Under the pieces are notes generated by a model. That model had not been told where the DNA came from, ran no database searches, and saw only the letters and a list, made by a program, of their open reading frames with translations. The translations under genes were made by a program, and so were the position numbers. Shown piece after piece: positions 24,103 through 30,539 of a DNA stretch of 30,539 nucleotides. The stretch is from positions 1-30,539 of the IMG/VR virus record IMGVR_UViG_3300043184_000049. The stretch is one strand, 5' to 3'. Within the stretch, counting starts at the first letter, position 1, and each line of letters opens with the position of its first letter. Origin of the DNA: a virus. Lineage: Duplodnaviria > Caudoviricetes.

Positions 24103-26676
24103 TCAGGCAGCCGCGTCGCGCAGCTTCCCGTGCTTCACATACGCGACCGGGTTGTTGCCGGTGTGCGCGAACCGCTTGCGCAGCGGCCGGCCATCCGGAT
24201 TGCGCACCATCAACCCGGCAACACCCTTCAGCCGCGCCGTGAAGCGATGCTCGCTCATCTCGTCGTCGGCCCACGCTTCGTCCTGGGTGCTGCACCACGC
24301 CTGGTAGTCGCGGCGAAGGTCGCTCACCGGCGTCTCGACACCGATGGCCGCAGGTCCCGCCTGCAAGCGTTCTTGTGACCAGCCGACGAACCGGTCCATG
24401 GCCCCGAAAATCTCGTTCGTCGTCATGCGCATCCGGTGCGGCCATTCCACGACAGTGCAGCCGTCGAGGTAGCTCAGCCGCGCCTGTTCGATCAGCCGAT
24501 GCAGGATCGCCGGCCCTTCCTGCATCACCAGCCGGTCCGTCAACCGCGTGTCGCGCTTGTGCTCGGGCACCGGAACCTCAGTGCCGATGATGCGCACGCG
24601 CCGCGTGATCGCGTTATCGACCTGCTGGAAGTCGGGAAACTTCTGCCCCGCCACCAGCAGCAGCCCGCGGAACCGGAACGTTCGCGGCGGCCCGTGCATC
24701 TGCCGCGCCTCGATCTCGTCGCCGCCCGTCAGCGCCTTCAGCCGCGCCTCGTTCCACCGTCCGCCTTCCTTGGTGATCTCGTTCAGCACTGCCAGGCGCA
24801 GATCGTGCAGGCGGAACAGGCTGGCCTTGTGCTGCGCGGCGCCGCGCGTGTTCAGCACGTCCGCGTCGATCGCACCGGCATAGCTGCCCATGATCTTCAG
24901 CAGCACGTTCAGCAGGGTGCTTTTGCCCGTGGCGCCCTCACCCACCAGGCTCAGGAACACCTGCGATCGCGGGTCGCCCAGCAGGCCGTAGCCCAGACAC
25001 CGCCACAGCCACTCCACCGTCTCGGCGTCGCCGTTGCACAGGTGCAGCAGCAGCGCGTCGAACAGCGGCGTCTCGCCGGCTGCCGGAGAGATTGCCGTGC
25101 AGCGCGCATCGAACCACTGGCGCGCCGTCGCCGCGTCCACCGTCTCGCCGGTGCGCAGGTCATAGCTTCCCGTCGGCGTCTGCAAGCCCAGGGCGTTGTG
25201 GCTGAACTCTTGTGGCGGCAACAGGGCGCCGCGCAGGATCGCCAGCACCGCCGGGCCGCGGTTCGCGGTCGCCACCTGCACCATCTGCGTGTTCGACCAC
25301 TCGATGCCGTGGCGGTTCGCATAGGCCGCGATCAGGTTGCGCACGATCATCTCGGCTTCCACGCCTCGCGTCTGGGAGCACGCCAGCCAGCGCTGCCCGT
25401 TCCACCGCATCCAGCGTTCGCTGAATGGGTCGAACGCCAGCACCTCCCGGGCCGCAGCCCACACGCCGCGGGCGATCATCGCATCCGCGTAGCTCGGCGT
25501 GCCGTCCTGCACGTCGATCGGGTTCTTCAGTTCCTCGCCCGTGCGCGGGTCGATCGCCGGTTCCAGCGCCGGCAGCACCGGCCTGAACTCGCTGCGCGCC
25601 TCCTCCTCGCGCAGGCCCTGCACGCCGTGCTGCGTGGCAAAGTCGCGCAGCCACCGCCAGCCCAGGTTCGCCACATCCTGTTGCGACCAGTCGTCGCGGA
25701 ACTTCGCCCGCTCATCCTCATAGGCGCTCGGGTGCGGCCCTTCCCAGCGGCTGGCCCACAATGCGGCCAGGTGCTCGGCTTCTTCCTGCTGTTCGAGGCT
25801 GATCGCATCATCCTGCCGCAGCGCGGCGATGCAGCCCGCGGTCGCCAGCATCACCTTCATGTAGTCGTCGCGGCTGACGGAAGCCGGGTTGCGCATGTCG
25901 CGCAGCGCGGCCAGCAGCAGCCCTGCCTTCGGCGGCCGGCGCTCTTCCGCCGAGAGAGGCGGCAAGGCACTGCCGCCGCCCGCCGCCGCCGTGATCACTT
26001 CCAGCCCGTGCGTCGCGCCGATGCTGCGCAGCGCGTCTTCCACCAGCGTCACCAGCGCCTCGCGCCCGATCGGCGTGCGCAGCGCCTGTTGCAGGTTCGG
26101 CACCGGCCGGTGCGAGCCTTCGCCGAACACCGTCCAGCCGATCGGGTTGCCGCTGGCGTGCGTGCCGGCGATGACGATCTGCTGGCCCTGCCCCAGCAGT
26201 TCCAGCTTCCATTCGTCGGCGCCCTTGCGCAGCAGCCACGTCGCCTTGCGCGGCACCTCGTCGTCGATCTTCAGCAGGGTGGCACAGCGGCCCATCACCG
26301 TCTGCCGCATGTCCAGTGCGCCGCAGTCGCGCGCCTGTTCCAGCGCGCGCATGAACGCCTCTGCCACGTCGGCATGCTGCGGCGGGCCATCCCAGTCCAG
26401 CGCCACGAAGCCGGCAGCGCCAAGGTTCAGCCCGACGTTGCCGCCCGGCACCAGGCAGCGATCCAGCAGCACGCCGATGTCGAACCCGGCCGGCCATTCG
26501 GGGGCCGGATACCACCGGCCATCACCAGGCGACCACATCGCCGGCGCCTTGCCCATGCGATCTTCCGTCATGCCGCCGCCTGGCTGGCCAAGGGTCATCG
26601 GCGGCGAGACGGGCACCAGCACGGCCGAGCCGATCGCATCCGTGACGGGCCGCAGCGCGGCTGCCGATACAGGCAT
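24103..26676 (-). CDS. Primase-helicase: Prim-Pol (AEP) N-terminus plus D5/P4-type SF3 helicase
   Basis: GNVGL..FVALDWDG and QIVIAGTHASG (Prim-Pol); Walker A GEGATGKST, VLNE, LKALTGGDEIEAR and DNAITRR (SF3). Confidence 0.9.
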   Translation of the reverse strand: MPVSAAALRPVTDAIGSAVLVPVSPPMTLGQPGGGMTEDRMGKAPAMWSPGDGRWYPAPEWPAGFDIGVLLDRCLVPGGNVGLNLGAAGFVALDWDGPPQHADVAEAFMRALEQARDCGALDMRQTVMGRCATLLKIDDEVPRKATWLLRKGADEWKLELLGQGQQIVIAGTHASGNPIGWTVFGEGSHRPVPNLQQALRTPIGREALVTLVEDALRSIGATHGLEVITAAAGGGSALPPLSAEERRPPKAGLLLAALRDMRNPASVSRDDYMKVMLATAGCIAALRQDDAISLEQQEEAEHLAALWASRWEGPHPSAYEDERAKFRDDWSQQDVANLGWRWLRDFATQHGVQGLREEEARSEFRPVLPALEPAIDPRTGEELKNPIDVQDGTPSYADAMIARGVWAAAREVLAFDPFSERWMRWNGQRWLACSQTRGVEAEMIVRNLIAAYANRHGIEWSNTQMVQVATANRGPAVLAILRGALLPPQEFSHNALGLQTPTGSYDLRTGETVDAATARQWFDARCTAISPAAGETPLFDALLLHLCNGDAETVEWLWRCLGYGLLGDPRSQVFLSLVGEGATGKSTLLNVLLKIMGSYAGAIDADVLNTRGAAQHKASLFRLHDLRLAVLNEITKEGGRWNEARLKALTGGDEIEARQMHGPPRTFRFRGLLLVAGQKFPDFQQVDNAITRRVRIIGTEVPVPEHKRDTRLTDRLVMQEGPAILHRLIEQARLSYLDGCTVVEWPHRMRMTTNEIFGAMDRFVGWSQERLQAGPAAIGVETPVSDLRRDYQAWCSTQDEAWADDEMSEHRFTARLKGVAGLMVRNPDGRPLRKRFAHTGNNPVAYVKHGKLRDAAA

Positions 26677-26677
26677 G

Positions 26678-28768
26678 CTATTCCCCTTTCAGATAGCGGT
26701 CGGCAGCCGACGCATCGGCCGCCACCGGCAGGCCGGTGCGCCAGGCAGACGGCAGCGTCATCGTCGATCGCAGCAGCTCGGCCGCGTCCTCGGCTTGCGC
26801 GCAGCGGGCGCGGCGCACCTCGGCCAGCACCTCGTCGTGCACGGTCATCACCAGGTGCACGCCGACGGTGATCGCCAGGCGCAGCATCGCCTCGCCCATC
26901 ACGTCGCGCGCGGTCGATTGCGTGATGTTCTCGGCCAGCAGACCGCCATACATCGTGAAGCGACGGAACTGCTTGGTCTGCGCGTCCTCGCCCATATAGG
27001 TCACGGCGTCGCGCGGGCCGAACGGCGTCTCGATGCGTTCAAGGCGCGGATGCCAGTAGAACAGCTTCGATCCGGGCAGCGGCAGCGCCAGCGCCATGCA
27101 GGTGCTGGTGCGCCGGAACACCAGCGCCGGATGCGCGTGCGCCGCCCGGCTGCCATCCCACGCCACCTGGTCGCGCACGCGCACGCGGTCCCCGACGGGT
27201 GCCCGCATGCACGCCAGCGCGGCGTCGTTCAGCGCGCGCCACAGTGCCACGATGCGCGGGTTGGCGGCCCGCCAGGCGATCTTGATCTCCTCCGCGCGTT
27301 CGTCGCTGACACTGACGCGGTAGAGCTTCGCCATGCTCTGGAACGCGCGCACGCCGCCCTGGAAGCCGAGGGCCAGCTCAGGCACCTTGCCCAGGGCCTG
27401 CCGGTCGTCCTTGGTCACATCCTCGGGCGCCTTGCCGGTGATGCGCGCGGCCGTGACCTTGTAGATGTCGGGGCCGCGCCCGTCGTCGAACGCCTGGAAT
27501 GCGTCGAGCTTCGCCTGTTCGCCGGCCAGCCACGGCAGCACGCGCGCCTCGATCTGGCTGTAGTCGCCGCGCGCCAGCCAGCAGCCGGACGCCGCCTGGA
27601 AGCAGGGGCGCAGAAGCTCGCTGGCGACGACCAGGCCCGGGCCGTGCGCGGCCTCAATGTGCGCCAGCGAGGCGCCGGCCTTCAGCATCGCAACCGCGCC
27701 GGCCGGGTTTTTCACGGCCCCGCCGCGCGGCATGTTCTGCAACTGCGCACCGCGGCTCGACCAGCGCCGCGTGGCGGCGGCACCGCTATACACCAACGGT
27801 CCGCGCAGGCGGCCGTCGGCGCCCGTGCGGTTCATGATCGCGCGGTATTTGCTCGCGCTGCTTTTCCCGCCCTCGCGACGCAGCAGCAGCACCTCGCGTG
27901 CCAGCGGCGGCGTCTCGGGGTTGGCCAGCAGTTCGTCCACCGCGGCGCGTGCCACCGACAGTTCGGCGTCGCCGTGCTCGAAATCCCAGCCGGCGAGATC
28001 GAGCTGCGCGCGCAGCCACGTGGCCAGCGCCCGGTGATCGGTGACGCGGCGAAGCGCCCCGCCGGAAGCCAGTGCCATGCGTCGGTTCACTATCGCGGCG
28101 GCTTCATCGACCAGCAGGGCGGCGCGCGTCAGCATCTGCGTATCAACGCCGATGCCGCGGTCGTTGATCATTTCCGTCAGGCGCCACAGCCGGCGTTCCT
28201 GGTCGGGCAGGGCGGGCAGGGCGCGGTCAACCAGCCGCTCCACCACCACGTCGTCGCGGCAATAGGCGGCGAGGCGGGCCACGCGGTCCGCATCCTCCCA
28301 CCACACGATGCCGCCGCCGGGGTCGATGCGGCGCGGCCGGCACATCTGCAACATCAGCCGGTGCCCTTCGGCGTCCTTCTGCGCGGCGAGGCCCAGGGCC
28401 TTGCCGGCGCCGGCCAGCGTGCGCGGCAGGCCGAAGCAGGCCGCACGTGCGGCCGTGCACGTGAACCGCACCAGCCCGAACCACGCGGGATCGAGGCCGA
28501 GCGCGCGGGCGTGCGCGCAGCGGGTGAGCATCGTGCGCTCGAAACTGGCGTTGTGCGCGACCAGCGCCACGGCCGGGTTGCGCAGTGCGTCCAGCAGCAG
28601 CCGCGGCGCCGGGTCGGTCAGGCAGTGCCACACCTGCACCGCGTCGTCGTCCAGCGCCCAGGCGAACAGCATGACCTGGGTGGTCGGGTGGTTCGCGTAT
28701 TCGTAGGCGCCGACCTTGCGCAGGTCGGCCGTGCTGCGGGTTTCCAGGTCGATGTAGAGGTTCGGCAT
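26678..28768 (-). CDS. polA: Family A DNA polymerase with 3'-5' exonuclease
   Basis: ExoI YIDLETRS, ExoII AHNASFE, ExoIII YCRDD; motif A DYSQIEARV, motif B RQALGKVPELALGF, motif C VHDE. Confidence 0.95.
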   Translation of the reverse strand: MPNLYIDLETRSTADLRKVGAYEYANHPTTQVMLFAWALDDDAVQVWHCLTDPAPRLLLDALRNPAVALVAHNASFERTMLTRCAHARALGLDPAWFGLVRFTCTAARAACFGLPRTLAGAGKALGLAAQKDAEGHRLMLQMCRPRRIDPGGGIVWWEDADRVARLAAYCRDDVVVERLVDRALPALPDQERRLWRLTEMINDRGIGVDTQMLTRAALLVDEAAAIVNRRMALASGGALRRVTDHRALATWLRAQLDLAGWDFEHGDAELSVARAAVDELLANPETPPLAREVLLLRREGGKSSASKYRAIMNRTGADGRLRGPLVYSGAAATRRWSSRGAQLQNMPRGGAVKNPAGAVAMLKAGASLAHIEAAHGPGLVVASELLRPCFQAASGCWLARGDYSQIEARVLPWLAGEQAKLDAFQAFDDGRGPDIYKVTAARITGKAPEDVTKDDRQALGKVPELALGFQGGVRAFQSMAKLYRVSVSDERAEEIKIAWRAANPRIVALWRALNDAALACMRAPVGDRVRVRDQVAWDGSRAAHAHPALVFRRTSTCMALALPLPGSKLFYWHPRLERIETPFGPRDAVTYMGEDAQTKQFRRFTMYGGLLAENITQSTARDVMGEAMLRLAITVGVHLVMTVHDEVLAEVRRARCAQAEDAAELLRSTMTLPSAWRTGLPVAADASAADRYLKGE

Positions 28769-29241
28769 CAGGCGATGCCGTGTTCATCCAGCCCGCTGAC
28801 CAGCGAGCCTGTCTTGCACGGCGTGCACATGCGGATGCGGATGCGGTCGGGGCTGAAGAACGGGTTGCCGCAGCACAGGCAGTTGATCGCGGCGCGCTTG
28901 GCCTTCTTGCCCGGCTGGCGGGCGTGCAGACTGAAGTAACGCTGCTGCACGGTCTTGATGGCCGTGCGGCCCATCTCGATGCGGATGCGATCCCAGGTCC
29001 AACCCAGGTCGTCGCGGTAGATCAGTAGCAGCTTGTCGTCGTCGGCGGTGAAGCGGCGCAGCGTTTCCGCCGGGCGGCGGGGGTTGCGCGCCTTGCTGGC
29101 GGGGATGCCGTGGCGGGTGCGCACCGTCCAGACGGCGGCGCGGTTGATGCCGAGATCGACACTGATCTGCTGGTCGTTCAGCCCTTGGCGGGCCAGGGCG
29201 CAGATGCTTTCGACCCGTTGGGGCGGCAGGCGGACAGGCAT
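28768..29241 (-). CDS. Putative transcriptional regulator: HTH, Myb/SANT-like repeat and C-terminal Cys4 Zn ribbon
   Basis: GLNDQQISVDLGINRAAV (HTH), FTADDDKLL..GWTWDRI..EMGRT, and CLCC..CTPC; GGAG RBS. Confidence 0.7.
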   Translation of the reverse strand: MPVRLPPQRVESICALARQGLNDQQISVDLGINRAAVWTVRTRHGIPASKARNPRRPAETLRRFTADDDKLLLIYRDDLGWTWDRIRIEMGRTAIKTVQQRYFSLHARQPGKKAKRAAINCLCCGNPFFSPDRIRIRMCTPCKTGSLVSGLDEHGIA

Positions 29242-29277
29242 GATGATCTCCGGAGGTAGCCTCTCCGTTCACCCTGC

Positions 29278-29292
29278 TGTCTATCAGGCAAC
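29278..29292 (-). promoter_or_regulatory. Motif copy GTTGCCTGATAGACA, inside a possible sigma70 promoter spacer upstream of the regulator/replication operon
   Basis: 14/15 match. TTGACC at 29300-29295 and a weak -10 (CAGGGT) 18 nt downstream. Confidence 0.6.
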
Positions 29293-29324
29293 TTGGTCAA
29301 CAGGCGAGTGCGGGGACGCAGGGC

Positions 29325-29537
29325 CTATCCGAACACGCGCGCGCGCAACGCTGCCTTGGCGGCCGCGATCTTGTCAGCCGCATCCGCCGGCAGGGGCAGC
29401 ACGGTCACCGGCACGTCAAGCCACGGCCCGTGCGCAACCCCAGGCTGCGGCTGCCAGACCTGGGCCAACTTGTCGTCGGCCCATTGTCGCGTCGCGCATT
29501 CTCGTGTGCCGGGATCGTGCGGTCGGTGGTCGCTCAT
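29325..29537 (-). CDS. Hypothetical protein (70 aa)
   Basis: The ORF fills the gap on the coding strand; no recognisable motif. Confidence 0.4.
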   Translation of the reverse strand: MSDHRPHDPGTRECATRQWADDKLAQVWQPQPGVAHGPWLDVPVTVLPLPADAADKIAAAKAALRARVFG

Positions 29538-29579
29538 GCCGGCGACAATCGCGCCGCGTGTCGCGCGCGGGCTATCCCG

Positions 29580-29897
29580 CTATCGTCGGGGATCGTTCCG
29601 GAAGCGGGTTTCTGCGATGGCGACGCAAAACGCGAAGACGATCGGCGCGCAGCCAATAGTGATCGCCGATAGCCATATACCCAGATCAGGAACAAGCGCG
29701 ACGATTAATATTCCGGCCACCCCGCCGAGCAGCAACAGGGCCGCAGTTTTCTTATCCTCAGCCTTGACGCATTCGATGAGCATCGCGACGGACATCACCG
29801 CGCCGAACCCGGCAAGACCAAAGGCCAAGCTGTTCTTGATGAAAACGACTAGCGGGTCGCCGTAGAAACCCAACTCGCGCAGCAGGTAGTCGTGCAC
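29580..29897 (-). CDS. Membrane protein with about 3 TM helices (105 aa)
   Basis: Three hydrophobic segments; starts 9 nt after the repressor stop; visibly less GC-rich codons. Confidence 0.65.
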   Translation of the reverse strand: MHDYLLRELGFYGDPLVVFIKNSLAFGLAGFGAVMSVAMLIECVKAEDKKTAALLLLGGVAGILIVALVPDLGIWLSAITIGCAPIVFAFCVAIAETRFRNDPRR

Positions 29898-29906
29898 CCT
29901 TGCCCC

Positions 29907-30467
29907 CTACGCCCGGTGCAGCACCCACGTCACCCGGCCGGCGATCGCCAGCCTGTCGGGTCGCACCTCCTCCACGTCGTCGCCGCCCAGGGTCACGCGC
30001 AGCTTGCCGTCCAGCATCCGGCGCACGTGATACAGCTCGGGCGGCGCGTTCCCGCCGCCCTTCACCGCCAGCAGGTATATGCCGTCGCCGGCCACGCGGC
30101 GCACCGCGGTGTCGATCAGCACCGCGTCACCCTGCTTCGCCGCCGGCATCAGGCGAGAGGTGGTGACCGTCATCAGTTCCAGGTTCGCGCCCGGCACTTC
30201 CGTCATCTGCGCCAACCGCTGCATTATTTTTGACGATGTATTCGGCGGTGCCGCGCCCAGCGCCGTCATGACGCGATCATAGTCGCGCGCGAGGATGTTC
30301 CGCTCGCCTCGCTCGATGCGAGACAAATACGCGCGCCCCCAGCCAACCCGCTTGCCGAGTTCTTCCAGCGTCAGGCCGGATTTCATGCGCGCTTCTTTGA
30401 TCTGCGCGCCCAGGTCTTTCGCGTCCACCACACATACCCTTGTGTTCTGTCGCCTTGTGGAAAACAT
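29907..30467 (-). CDS. CI-like repressor: XRE HTH plus degenerate S24-like C-terminal domain (start may be GTG 30428)
   Basis: IKEARMKSGLTLEELGKRVGWGRAYLSRIERG (XRE); MP..KQGDAVLID..GDGIYLL..IAGRV (S24 pattern). Confidence 0.85.
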   Translation of the reverse strand: MFSTRRQNTRVCVVDAKDLGAQIKEARMKSGLTLEELGKRVGWGRAYLSRIERGERNILARDYDRVMTALGAAPPNTSSKIMQRLAQMTEVPGANLELMTVTTSRLMPAAKQGDAVLIDTAVRRVAGDGIYLLAVKGGGNAPPELYHVRRMLDGKLRVTLGGDDVEEVRPDRLAIAGRVTWVLHRA

Positions 30468-30539
30468 AACATCCCGGACGGGCAGCGCATATGCGAACGG
30501 ATGACGAACACTGTCGCCTGTCCGGCAATTTCTCCGTTG

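Noticed and set aside
25889-28939. 1016-aa plus-strand ORF and many other long plus-strand ORFs (e.g. 24436-26871, 7186-8670, 20654-22042)
   Set aside because: Antisense shadows of well-supported minus-strand genes. High GC suppresses stop codons and the translations have no motifs.
1-30539. tRNA, rRNA, integrase/att site, transposase, reverse transcriptase/DGR, intron or intein
   Set aside because: No supporting motifs seen by eye; polA, terL and the primase-helicase appear uninterrupted. Covariance-model searches were not run.

Overview
About 30.5 kb of a GC-rich, short-tailed (podovirus-type), probably temperate bacteriophage; the host is possibly alphaproteobacterial (inference). Almost all genes lie on the minus strand. 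From right to left: an XRE/S24-type repressor and two small genes; an HTH/Zn-ribbon regulator; family-A DNA polymerase; Prim-Pol/SF3 primase-helicase; an AT-rich, repeat-flanked candidate origin; putative TerS, three small genes and TerL; dNMP kinase; portal, scaffold and major capsid protein; adaptor, tail fibre, a metallophosphoesterase and tail hub; DNA-ejection proteins; a small lipoprotein and a holin; a LamG-like protein, an SGNH esterase and a terminal GNAT-like gene. Two plus-strand genes converge on this block at the left edge. Main findings: (1) a canonical -1 ribosomal frameshift cassette (C_CCT_TTA plus a long GC hairpin 7 nt downstream) appears to fuse a 150-aa ejection protein to a lytic-transglycosylase frame whose only start codon lies downstream of the catalytic Glu; (2) a 15-bp motif GTTGCCGGATAGAC(A/G) ends 31-32 nt upstream of four late-gene starts and in two cases also encodes the upstream gene's last codons (V-A-G-stop); (3) a P4-like origin architecture; (4) a candidate injected GNAT effector; (5) no recognisable endolysin in an apparently complete late region. 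All calls come from reading motifs by eye; no database searches were run.
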